Shown here in pieces: positions 39,001 through 50,805 of a stretch of 64,000 bases of DNA. The stretch comes from Azolla caroliniana. Its lineage: Eukaryota; Plantae; Polypodiophyta. Numbering within the stretch: the first letter of the stretch is position 1; the number at the start of each line of letters is the position of its first letter. The notes beneath the pieces were generated by a model that saw only the letters and a list, made by a program, of their open reading frames with translations, ran no database searches and was not told the origin of the DNA. A program made the position numbers and the translations under genes. Where the stretch lies: positions 1,860,001-1,924,000 of the forward strand of contig JBHGNT010000010.1 of assembly GCA_043228905.1 (NCBI GenBank), given 5' to 3'.

Positions 39001-41935
39001 GGTACACATCGCCAAAGAAATGAAGCCGGAAGATAAAGCGGCGATGATCAAACTTCTCACGGAGTTTCGCGACGTATTCGCCTGGTCATACGAAGACATG
39101 CGAGGGCTGGACCCTCAATTATATCAGCATCAGATCCACTTAGGCAAGGACGCGAAACCAGTGGCGCAAAGACGTTACCGAATGAACCCCAACTACGCCG
39201 CCAAAGTGAAGGAGGAAATCGACAAACTCCTAAGAGTGGGCTTCATCCGGCCGGTAAAGAAAGCGACGTGGCTGAGCCCCATCGTCGTCGTCCCAAAGAA
39301 GAACGGTAAAATCCGCGTGTGTGTAGATTACAGGAAACTAAATGCAGCCACAATTACGGATGCATTCCCTCTTCCGTTCACGGATGGAGTACTGGATGCC
39401 GTCGCCGGCCATGAAGTTTATAGCTTTTTAGACGGGTTCAGCGGATACAATCAAATCCGGATGCACCCTGACGACCAGGAGAAGACAGCGTTCGTAACCG
39501 AATGGGGAGTGTTTGTGGCCGTAGTAATGATGTTCGGACTAAAAACGGCACCAGCAACTTTCCAGCGAATCATCATGGAGATCTTTGGCGAATACATTCC
39601 AGCCTTCATGCAGGTTTTCCTGGATGACTTTGCAGTCTATAGCCGGGAAAAAGACCATTTGCAGCACCTACAGTTATGCCTTGAAAAGTGTAGGTTATAC
39701 CGGCTAAGCTTAAACCCAGCAAAATGCATCTTTGGGGTTTCAAGTGGAATCTTACTGGGACACATTGTAAGTAAGGAGGGCATTGCGGTCGACCCGGACA
39801 AAGTAAACGCGATACTAGGGGCACCGGCGCCGAAAACGGCCAAAGCACTAAGCCGATTCTTAGGACAGATCCGGCGGCACAGCCGGATGCTCCGTCACTT
39901 GGATGACTTGGCTACACCATTACACACCGCGGTACATCGGACACCTTTCCAATGGACGGATACGGAGGATAAGGCATACAATGCCCTGAAGGTACTTTTG
40001 TCGCAAGCACCCGTCGTGCAGCCTCCGGATTGGAGCAAGGAATTTCATGTGTTCGTTGACGCTTCCGACATCGCTATCGGCAGCGCCTTAATGCAACTTA
40101 CGGAGCCCAAATGGTACCGGCCGGTATATTACGCCAGCCGGAAGCTGTCCCAAGCGGAGAAGAACTATTCGACTACGGAACGGGAGGCCCTGGGCATGAT
40201 CTACAGTGTCACAAAGTTTCGTCATTACCTATTGGGAAGGAAGTTCTCCTTTCATGTGGATCACTCGGCGCTCCTGTACTTAGTGTCCAAGGCGTCCCTG
40301 ACCGGTAAGTTGGCCCGTTGGACCTTGCTGTTGCAGGAGTTCGAATTCGAGATCTTCCACCGGCCCGGTATCCAGCATGCCGTAGCAGACTACCTGAGCC
40401 GGTTAGAGTCCGGAGAATCAGGCGACGGAGTATCGGATGAATTCCCGGACGCAGAGTTATTCCGTATCACCCCGGAAACGGCAGCGGACGACACGGTGGC
40501 ATCAGAAGATAGGTGACTGACAAACATGCACCAGTTCCTAAGCACGGGCCTGCCACCGGACGAAATGAACCGGGACGAGAGGAAACGACTGGCGGTGCAG
40601 AGCCGCAATTTCTGTCTGTTACGGGACACTCTCTACCACAAGGGAGCAGATGGAATATGGAGACGGGCAGTCCGTAGTGACGAGAAACAAGTAATCTTAC
40701 GGGAAGCACACTGTGGGGTTGCCGGAGGACACTATGCCGGGGAAGCGACGGCAAGGAAAGTATGGCAGAGCGGCTTATGGTGGCCCACGACGTTAAAAGA
40801 CGCCGTCAAGTATGCTAAGGAATGTGACCTATGCCAACGAATGGGCCAACCTACGGAGCAAGCACGGATGCCACACCAACCGGTACTTCCACTAGAGCCA
40901 TTCCAGAAGTGGGGGTTGGATTTTGTCGGACCGTTCAAGCCACCGGCAATGAGAACGGGTAATCGTTATGTCATCGTGGCAACAGATTATTGCACTAAAT
41001 GGGTGGAGGCTAAGGCCTTGAGAGACAACACCGCGTCATCCACAGCAAAATTCCTGTACGAGAACATTTGGTGCCGATATGGATGTCCGATTGAATTAAT
41101 CAGTGACCAAGGAGGGCACTTCCTCGGCCAGGTAGTTGAAAGCTTAACAACGTTCTATGCCGTGGTCCATAACGGAGCACACCGTACTACCCATAAGCAA
41201 ACGGGTTAGCAGAGTCAACCAACAAAACGCTCCAGAACATTCTCCGCAAAATCGTCAATGAAAACCGGACGGACTGGGATACAAAGCTCCATAGCGCGCT
41301 ATGGGCGTACCGAACGGCATACAAAACAAGTATCCGGACAACGCCGTTCCGGTTAGCGTTCGGCTTAGAGGCGGTCATGCCGGTGGAATTTCAGGTACCA
41401 AGCTTACGGATCCAACTACGGGAACGGCTGAATGAAAAGGAGTCGGAGTAAATGCGGCTAGCAGCACTATGCGAACTGGAGGAGCAACGGCTGGCCAGCA
41501 TCCTACACATGGACTTCGAGCAACGATGACGGAAAGCGTTCGTTGACCGTCACCGGAAAGGTAATGAGAAGATGTTCAATAATCGGAAAGCCGGTGCTAG
41601 TATTCCAAACGAGGATGGGCAAGATGCCGGGTAAACTCCGGTTTAGATGGACAGGCCCGTATTGGCTGACACGGGAATACAACGGGTCCTATCAGTTAGG
41701 GACACTTGCCGGTGAAGTGCTAGGCAAGTGGGTCAACGGATTTAGACTAAAGCCCTATAAAGAACCGATGCGAAGTAACCCGTTTATGCAGCCCACCGGC
41801 ACTATACCGGGAACCTGTCCGGGAACGGTACGGATGGAAGAAAAAGACGACGGGGAACCCGTAGCAGAGGCGAAGGAAGACACGGCAACCCGTAAGGAAA
41901 ACGGTAAGGGTCCGAAGGGACCTACGGATGTGTAA
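36076..41935 (+). pseudogene. Gypsy gag-pol (gag with 3 CCHC knuckles, PR, RT, RH, INT), few lesions
   Basis: LEGPAARW, IRQEAGESI, CYYCRQEGHYSNQC, VIDGGSGVN, LDGFSGYNQ, FLDDFAV, FVDASD, TEREALG, GGHYAG, WGLDFVGP, SDQGGHF, WTGPY. Confidence 0.93.
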
Positions 41936-41948
41936 GATCACATACCGT

Positions 41949-41981
<33 letters not shown>

Positions 41982-42310
41982 AATCATTAAAAATCGAGGT
42001 ATGAACGGACGTGAAAGCAAGGAGCGAAAAGGTACGTAGTGGGCATTTAAGAGCCGCCACGTTACTTAATACTAAATTGGTACACGACGTGCGCATGCTT
42101 GGAAAAGGCGCCAAGACGCACAGAGAAAAAGCAGAACGCATGGAGACCTTTTCATTTCGCGAGCCAAGAAGCACAGAAGCACCGAGGCGGTTGAAGCTTA
42201 TCAGACGCGAACCTGCACTCAGAGAACCCCCACGTTCGGAACTCTCTCTCTCTCGCTCTCACTCTCATCACCACTCTACCTCGCCATCTTTCCTTGACCT
42301 CGAAGCAGAC

Positions 42311-44980
42311 ATGGACCCACAAACGTTGTCGGAAGCGGCCAGGAAATGGCTCAGGCAACACGGACTGGATGGGTTCTTGACCATCATGGAGGCACCACCG
42401 CACAAAGAAGCCGACCGGGTCATCAAGGAGCTCGACACAGAAGTCATCACCGAGGAAGCGATCCGTGCGCTAACAGGCCTTCCGGAGGGAGGTATTTTTC
42501 AGATCGATAACCCAACCTCGGAGCAACTCATCTGATATTTCGGTGAGTACTCTCTAGCCGGCAAAGGCTATCGAACGCAGGGCGGCGAAGATCCGCTATT
42601 CAGGGAGATAGCTCGAGTGCTCCATGAGTACGGCCACGTGTACCCCCGACCCCCTGTCATGCCAAAAAATTGGGCAGGGATGATCATAGCCACCTATGAA
42701 GGGATCAAGGTGGATTGGCCGGTGTTGATTGCAGACGGTTTGTGCGCGGCAATCGACACGGTACGAGGAAAGGACGGCAAGGAGGGCCGGAAGCTGTGGC
42801 ATGTCGTAGCTCAGTGGATAACATTGCTCGCGCCGCCGGTCGAGACCGTCCAGCCAAAGAAGCGGCCAAGATTATCGGAAGGAAGCACCTCGAAACCCGC
42901 GTCCAAACGACAGCAGCTGCTGGCGTCGAAGGCAACGAAAGGGAAGAAACGGCTCCCAGAACCGGAGGAGGTGTCACCGGTCCGACCCGTTAAGATAACC
43001 ATACGGCGACCGGGACAGAAGGAACCGGAACCCTTGACGGCACAGATACATGCCGTTACCCAGGGAGAGGAAACGGAGGAGCCAGTAGAGCACCTCCAAC
43101 GACGGTCAAGAAGTAGGACCGCCGGGACAGCGGGGGAGCGTTCGGACCCGCAAAAGGAAGAAACGCCCCCAACTCAACCTGAGCAAACCACAAGGGAGGA
43201 ACCGGAACCGGTGCGTATAGAACCGGCCTTGTCGACTTCTATACAAGAAGTCATTCCAACGGCTCCGAAGACGGCGAGAACCGGAACTCAACAGCCGGCG
43301 AGCCCAGCCAGCACACACAGCGGCCAAGGAGTAGAACCAGAACGGCAGATACAGGCACTCAGGCCAGACAATTCCACAGTGAACGAGCCGACCCGACCAG
43401 TACAGCAGCAAGGCACCAGTAGCATGTGGCTACGGTGGGTAGGCGAGCAGATCGCCGGAGCGGTCGAGTACATAGAGGCGGAGGAGAGAGCGCACCACGA
43501 ACGGTTGCTCATCACAACCGTAGATCTAGAGACGGCCCGGTCCAGAATCCGGAGCCTTGAACAAGACTTGGACAGGGTCACAAGGGAAATGGCTCAATTG
43601 GCTTTGACAACACAAGTCCAAGCACCGGTGACTCCGGGCAATCTACAGAATAAAGCGTCAGATCAACCTGTACATAGCAATCAGACCCCGGCAACGGAAA
43701 CCGTTCCGGAGAGAAATGCGGCACAAGCCCAAGAGCTTGCGGACTTAAAGGATGAGCTAGCTGCCCAAGAAGCGCTAAGGAGCCGCGAAAGAGAGTTGAA
43801 GACGGCAGCGGAGGCAGAACTCAAAAAGACTGCTGAGAATCTACGCTGGGCCGAGGAGAGCTTACGAAAAGGCCACCAAGCGTACGACCGGCTCAAGGAG
43901 GAGAAGGAGAAAATGCTGCAAGAGAAGGACAGGCTCCGGAGAAACGCCGAAACAGAAGTAGAGCGCCTGAAAGAGGAACTCCGGCAGCTAAAGGACCGGG
44001 AGGACCGGAACCATCGCCAGATCAACGGCAAGCTCAAACAAAAAACGGAGGAATTTGAGCACTTGCACCGGGAGTATAAACGGTTGCAAACGGAGCACAA
44101 GGAACAGACGGATGAGCTCCGGCAAGCAGTTGATCGGACCGCAACGGCATACGCTAATGAACAAGCGGAAACCAGAAGACGGTTGGAAGAGGCGGAGAAG
44201 GTTCGGACAGAGCTCCTCAGGCAACAGCAGGCGGAAAGAGAAAGAGCGGCGGAGGTACTGCAGAGGCTGCAAACAACATATCAAGGGCAGTTGACGCGCT
44301 ACAGAGAGCAGGCGGAGGATACGGCTAATCTCATCAAGCAGTTGAAGGAGGAACGACAAGTTGTGGAAAGTAGAGCGCAAATGGGAGCAAGTCGCATCCA
44401 GGATATCATGCGGGCCTGGTTGAACCAGACCAAGAGCTTGATTGACAACGTTTCCGTCAAATGGTGGACCAAGTGGGCCCCGAACGCGGCGGAACTCCAA
44501 TTGCTCCGGGCCGACGTAGAGAACCGGCGGAAGGAGGGAGATGATTGCTATATGCTGACTTCCGAAGACTTCACCGGCATAAGAGATGAGCTGGCCGAAG
44601 ACTTTCAAGCCTTGGCAGAGGACCTACTAGGGCAAGTCCGGCAACTTGTAGCTCAGCTGGACGACGACAGGCTGGAGGCGCAGATCCAGTTTGAAAGCTA
44701 CGAGAGGTCCCGGATCCGGGAAGAGAAAGCACGAGAACCGGTTACGGTCAACCTCAGTGATGAGGAACCGTTACTGGAAGGAGACCGGACCGGAAGCAGT
44801 CAAACGGGGATGCCGGAGTCAGAGAAACAAACGGAGCAGCCGCCTATAGAGCAGCCGGAGCAGTCTCAGTCCCAACCGCAACCACGGCAGCAGCAGCAAG
44901 CACAGCCGCAACAACCACAACCGGAAGAACAATTGGAAACTCTGGAACAAAGTATTTTGGACAATTTGGGTGAACAATGA
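42311..44980 (+). CDS. Accessory 3' ORF of the Gypsy element (~889 codons, one internal TGA at 42533); long coiled coil, Q/P-rich tail
   Basis: ATG 42311 is in frame with both ORFs 42011-42535 and 42617-44980; E/K/R/Q heptad-rich region at ~43480-44720; basic NLS-like PKKRPR. Confidence 0.75.
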
Positions 44981-45013
44981 AGGGGCCGAGAAGGGTTCGA
45001 CGTACAAGGTACT

Positions 45014-45030
45014 GTCCCACGGGCGTGCCA
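45014..45030 (-). promoter_or_regulatory. Inverted tRNA-Arg-type primer-binding site at the PPT position
   Basis: gtcccacgggcgtgcca ends 2 nt before the 3' LTR; - strand reads tggcacgcccgtgggac. Confidence 0.7.
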
Positions 45031-47625
45031 TGTGTTACCGGCCGGCAAGGAGTCCAAAATACGGAGTGAAGGAATTAATTAAGTATGGTTGTAAATAGCA
45101 TAGTATGGACGGACGGACTGGAAACGGTATGCCGTTCTAGATCCGGACGGATCCCGAATAGGTGCGATAGGCACCGTTTTGTACTACGGGCCGGAAACCT
45201 ATTTAAAGGCCCGGACCCCATTGTAATCGCAGCGGATAATTAATAGAGTGTATGGTGTTTATACTTCTGTGTTGATTTCCGTTCTGTAATTACTGATATA
45301 TCTTACGCGTGTAATTAACAAAAGCGCTCTAATCATATAACCTACTTAAGTCGGTGTAATCGTTGAGTCATAATCCTATGCCGTAATCACCCTTTGGTGA
45401 AGTGTCTCCGTGACACCTTGTGTTAGGCCTTGTCCGGTCAGAGAACAACAAGGTCGTTGCCTCAGTGAACTCACTGTTGTATATTCCTACATAGTGACAG
45501 TTTGCAGCCTGTGGGCTGTCGTGGTTTTTCCCCTATTTTGGGGTTTTCCACGTAAACCTCCTGTGTACCATCTCTCTTCTTTGTGTCGTGTTTTATTTCC
45601 TGTTTTTCTGTGGCCGAGCGTCGGACATAAGGAACGTCGAGTTCTCAACAGGAGGGAGAGTCGAGACCATAGACGTGAGAGAGAGAGAGAGAGAGAGGAA
45701 CTACATAGAGGGGAGAGAGAGGGAGAGGGAGAGAGAGTCGAGACCACAGACGTGAGAGAGAGTGGGAGGGAGAGCTTGTACAATGTATAGTATATAGTAT
45801 ATAGTATATAGTGGATCATTTGAGAGAGAGGGAGGTAGGGAGAGAGAGAGAGAGAGGGAGGTTTCTAAACCGGTTTCCAAGCCGGTTTGGAAACCAGTTT
45901 AGCCTAAACCGGTTTGTGAACCGGCTCGGCTCAGGTTTGAGATCCTGTAAACGGTTTAGGCTTAGCCGGTTTGGCTTGATCCAAGCCAAACCGGCTAAGC
46001 CTAAACCGAACCGTTGCCGATCCCTACCTTCTGGGGCATGTTCATTTTCGATGGGGTCAATTTGCCCTTGACTATTAAATAGTCTTGCATTTGCTCCTTC
46101 CAAAAGTTGAAGTTGATCGTCAAACTTCCTTAGACTCATCTCTGACGAGCTGGATATTTATGCCATTTGTGTCGGCTTGATAGACTTTGTTCGAAGTCTA
46201 CCACAAATAGTGGTGGAGTGCGGCCGACTGGCTCACTCGATGTTGTTCTAGCCGAAATTGGACACAAGTCGAATCGGTTTCGACTATTTGGCGAGTTCTA
46301 TCCGAAGTGACTACAGTCAATCGACTTAGTCGAATTGGACCTGAGTTTGCTGATTCAATTTCGTACATCGATTTTCGAGATTTTGGAACACAGAGTATGT
46401 GCCGATTATCCACGACGATTCTGCTTTAGGTGACTACGACAATGAGAAGAACATATTCAACTAACCTTTCTGAATGTTGTCTAGCCGAATGAAGCACGGA
46501 AGGGGGTTGTTCCTAGAGCCCAAGTTGCTACAAGTGATTACGACGAGCGAGTAAATAGCGTCGATTGACCTATTTGATTGTCGTCTAATCCGATGTAGCA
46601 TGATTGAGACAGGGCCTTCAAAAAACAAAATCTCACTCCGAGTGGCTACAATCACAGGGGTAAAGAACGGCCAACTAGCTTACTTTAATGGTGATTTAGA
46701 ACAATGGAATGCAGGTTTTGTAGATGTTTCTCTTCACAGGAAAAAAGATGATTTTGTAGGGAGTTGCCAGTCGAGATTCTCAAGGTGTATTGAGGAAGAG
46801 TTACTGATGGAGACTAAGTAGACGACGACAACAAAATTGGAAAACACCAAGCTCTAATACCAGATGTTGAGAACACTATCGTGTAGTGCGGAACAATGTC
46901 AGTACTCCTCTATTGAGAGATCATTAATAAGTACAAGTCGAGATGATTTATGATTATGAGCAACTACAAGATGACCTTTATTGTTCAGGCTCAACGTTTC
47001 AATCTATAGAATGAACAACAACATCAACTTAGGTTACAAAGTCAGTTTATATACTGAGCGACTTAGGGAAACCTCCCTTCTTAGTATTTACAAAGATGTC
47101 ATAAACCTAGTGTGTACAAATGGGACAATGTGAATACGTCCATTAGAGACCTGTATTCGACATTAATGGTGGTAGCAAGACCTATTAGGCTTTAGATCAT
47201 CGATACCTAATTAATAGTAGAGAAATATTTATTGTGTTCAATGTGGCGCATTTGCAACGCACAAGCAAACAAACTACATTAAGCTTGTGCTTCAAATTAT
47301 GGCAATGATGAAGGGAACAAGATCATCAATGGTGAGTTTGAAGTAGATGATGTCATCCTCCTTGTACACAATGAGTCCGGATGAGGGGGCATTTCCAGAC
47401 ACAATATTGTAGGCTAGGCAACACATGAGAATTCACCAAAAGGCTTATGCTTACAAAGTTGGATATAAACTCTTAAATTATGTCACCTTTATGTAAGCTA
47501 GAAATGTGGTCCATATACAACTTACCCATAGATGCTCAATCTAGAATCTATCTAGATGTTGATCAAAGGTTGTTAATTGCTTAGGTCCTATATGTACCTC
47601 CCCATTCAAAAGTCATAGTAATGTC

Positions 47626-50600
47626 TATTACCCCGTACGAGATGTACGGAGAGTCAAGTGTGATGAGCGAGGGTCGAATGTTATCATGATGTTGTGTATG
47701 TGTAGGGGGCATAAATGTAATTGTGAGTCTATACGTATGTGAACACATGCACACGTGTGTGCATGTGGATGGATACGAGGAGGTGTGAGTGAGTGTCCAA
47801 TATGAATGCTCGAGGGGGCTTACACCCCTATGTATCTACCCCCTCTTGTACTATTTAACCCCTTATGGGGAATGAATGAAACATGAATAACCATTTCTCT
47901 CTCTCTCTCTCTCTCTCTCTTTGACATCTTTCTCTCTCTCCCCCCTTATCATTGAACCCCCTTGAGAGGGGGGTGGAGCCATTCTAGGCACCACCCCCCA
48001 CCCCGCAATGCTTCTCAATGCTTGTCTTGCATCTTCATGATCTCTCACCATCATACCATTCATCATCTCCACCATTACACCATGTCTATCTTCATCATCA
48101 ATCATCATCATTATCATTCTCATTAACCCTAACCCTAAAAACCTACAATACCTTTTGGCGACCACGATGGCGACCCCCCTTTGGAGACGGAGTCGAAGAA
48201 TGATACGTGGCGATGCAAGTCAATAACGACAAAATATGCAAGAAATGGTGATGGTGATTGAAAGCCGTCGAGGAATGCAATAGGGTGATGTTGTGCGCAA
48301 GGAAGATGAAGAATGTTACGTGGTCATGATCTGCAAGAAATGGAATCGACAACAATATGCAAAAAATGGCGACCATGATGTGCATGAGAAGCAAGAAATG
48401 ACAGATTGATTATCCGTGCCATGATTCTGATACAAATTAATGCCTATACAAGTGTATTTTATTTGACATGTGATTGGTCTTTTTGGCTTGGATCTAATCG
48501 CAAAGAAAGAAGAAAAAAGCAAGGGAGAAATAAAGCCTATGATCTATGCGAGACCAAACCACCACATGTTGTATCTTCCAAAGATGCGAGAGTGCATTTC
48601 TATCCACATATGACTGGACACACATGGCCAGAAAGCAACCGACTAGACCAAAGGGAATTGTTTCAACAAAGATGGAGAAGGCAATTAAGAAAGCAAAAGA
48701 AATACAAACCCACGCAGAAAGACACGACTAGTCAAATGGCCCGGAACAAGGAACCAGAAGTACAACCAAATGGGCAGAACTCGCCGGAATGGCCGGACAG
48801 CGGGCAAGAGTGGTCGGTGTGACCGGATAACAGCTGAAGTGTCTAAGTGGCCGGACAACAGTCGGAGCGACCGTAGAGAGGTCGGAATGGCCGAATAACG
48901 GCCAAACAACGGCTGAAGAGCAACCGGGCAATAGTCTGCGCGGCTGGAGAGCGGTCAGAAGGGCCGGAAACCGGTCAGAATAACCGGATGCAGATAGGCG
49001 ACCGGGACAACGGACCGGACGCACGACCGGAAGACAACAGACAAATGGTTGGGACAATAGCTGAACAACGATAGGAGTAGCGACAAATAATCAGCGGCGG
49101 CAGCGAAAAATTGGCGACAAAGATGGTCGAACAACAAACGGTCGAGTAAAAGTGGTCAGACGAATGACGATGCCAAACAATGGCAGAACTGGCTAGACGA
49201 ACCGGACAGACGAGCGGATAGGATGGACAAGCATTAGATAGCCGACGACCGGACAGACGGCGGGAGGAGGACTGGAATCGACGGACACGTCGGACACGTC
49301 GGACAAAGCGACAGACGATGGCCGGAATAGTAAACATGGAATGGTTGTAGAGGCGGCCGAAAAGACAAGACCAAAAGGGCCGAAGACAGAGACAGCAACC
49401 AACTGACAGCTGATAGACAACAACAGCTAGACACAGCCGAACCGCGGCCAGAACGTAGGCCAGAAGAACGGCCGGATAGATGGCCAAATATTGACGAGTG
49501 AATAGAGCGGTCATGCAATGAATCTCGGCCAAAACAGGCAGCCAACTGGAGACTGGCCGAACAGGTCTAGCGACGATGAGAAAGGGAGATGGTGATGACC
49601 GACACAGAGATGAAAGGCGTCGGGACGATGAATAGCAACGGCCACAGAAGCGACAACAATGAATATAGAAGGACGAAAACGACGACGGCAGCACAAAGAA
49701 GGAAATGGCATGCAAGCAAAGGGAGAGTGAAGGTCGTGTTTCCTCCCTACCCCAAAACGCAAAAACAGAACAAGGACGAAGTGGAAGAAACAGAGATAGA
49801 AGAAGAAACAGAGAGGTGGAAAATGGAACACAAGAAGGAAAGAAGAGGGGTATAGAAGAAGAAGAAGAACAGACAAAGAAAAGAAGAAGAGAAGTGGGAA
49901 ATGAAAGCAGAAAGAAGTAGAAAGAGATGAGGGATACGCACAAGAGAGAGTGTAATAACGGACCACAACAATAACCTAGAGATAAAGACGAAGTCGGAGC
50001 ATTACAAAAACAAGAAGACAGGAATGGATAAAGAAGAAATTGAAGCAGAAGATAGGACGGGAAGAAAAATAGAGAAAGGGCAAGAGAGAATGATAGGGGT
50101 ATGGAACATAATTTTAAAACATGAGGGTATTTGATAATATTTCAAAAACAAAGGGTAGCAACCTAAAATTTCATAAACTTGAGGGCACCGACGAAATTGT
50201 AAAAACTCATCCACCTAGAGAAATGGATGTGATCAACAACGACAACTCACACAAAATTAAAGGAAGAACACACATACACACAACGTGCTTTTGGACCCAT
50301 GATGAAGTTCGTAAGCCGACAGAACGAGAATGTTTGTGTCGTGGACGATTTGCTGACCGACAAAGATGTTCGAGTCAAGCATTCCGATCGAGGGAGTCGA
50401 TCGTTGAAAGGACCGATGGAAGTTCCGGTCGAAGAAATATCATCATCAAGGCATGTGGGATCGGCGTGCAAGGCACTTTCCCACGGGCGTGCCATATTGT
50501 GTTACCCCGTACGAGATGTACGGAGAGTCAAGTGTGATGAGCGAGGGTCGAATGTTATCATGATGTTGTGTATGTGTAGGGGGCACAAATGTAATTGTGA

Positions 50601-50766
50601 GTCTATACGTATGTGAACACATGCACACGTGTATGCATGTGGATGGATACGAGGAGGTGTGAGTGAGTGTCCAATATGAATGCTCGAGGGGGGTTACACC
50701 CCTATGTATCTACCCCCTCTTGTACTATTTAACCCCTTATGGGGAATGAATGAAACATGAATAACC

Positions 50767-50805
<39 letters not shown>

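Larger units (their letters stand above)
35604..45450 (+). mobile_element. Full-length non-chromovirus Ty3/Gypsy (Athila/Tat-like) with an extra 3' ORF and no canonical PPT
   Basis: LTRs 35604-36022 and 45033-45450 (TGTTACC..CAACA; about 7 substitutions + 1 indel by eye); TSD aggtc 35599-35603 / 45451-45455; PBS tggcgaccacg at 36029. Confidence 0.96.
35207..45650 (+). mobile_element. Solo LTR (~590 bp net) inserted in the hAT element and split by the Gypsy element
   Basis: TGTTGGGA at 35207 ... TCTCAACA at 45650; TSD ggagg 35202-35206 / 45651-45655; TATA gtataaat ~35429. Confidence 0.85.
34689..46026. mobile_element. Non-autonomous hAT element inserted in Copia gag
   Basis: 16-bp TIR TAGGGATCGGCAACGG / CCGTTGCCGATCCCTA; 8-bp TSD ccttctgg 34681-34688 / 46027-46034; aaaccg/ggctc subterminal repeats; GA-rich interior. 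Confidence 0.93.
31621..47162 (-). mobile_element. Degenerate Ty1/Copia element on the - strand, with RH and part of the 3' LTR deleted; host of a three-layer insertion
   Basis: LTR copies start tgttgagaac at 31621 and 46865. PBS gctctaatacca (revcomp tggtattagagc) 46851-46862. RT (LPCKWVYRLK, QLDVKTTFLHGDL) 32091-32681. LWHGRLGH at ~33500. Gag 34200-34680 continues at ~46035-46166. The right end and TSD are uncertain. Confidence 0.82.

Noticed and set aside
42311-44980. Envelope (env) gene
   Set aside because: No signal peptide or convincing transmembrane segment; hydrophilic coiled coil.
44979-44995. gaaggggccgagaaggg as the PPT
   Set aside because: It lies ~37 nt from the LTR, is interrupted by pyrimidines and has no counterpart in the 47626 element. 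Not fully excluded.
44960-45030. tRNA gene (ggttcga...cca looks like a T-arm and acceptor end)
   Set aside because: No D-arm, anticodon arm or A-box, and it overlaps the ORF end. Only the 3' 17 nt are tRNA-like, so it was treated as a primer site.
35604-45450. Element actually oriented on the - strand, with the tggcacgccc site as its ordinary PBS
   Set aside because: All ORFs and the LTR TATA are on +, and the other end carries a PBS rather than a - strand PPT.
48126-48142. Interstitial telomere
   Set aside because: Only ~2 units (aaccctaaccctaaaa), part of the LTR in all three copies.
48975-49971. 322-aa and overlapping - strand ORFs as membrane proteins
   Set aside because: F/L/S/C-rich by-products of the purine skew on the + strand; no domain motifs.
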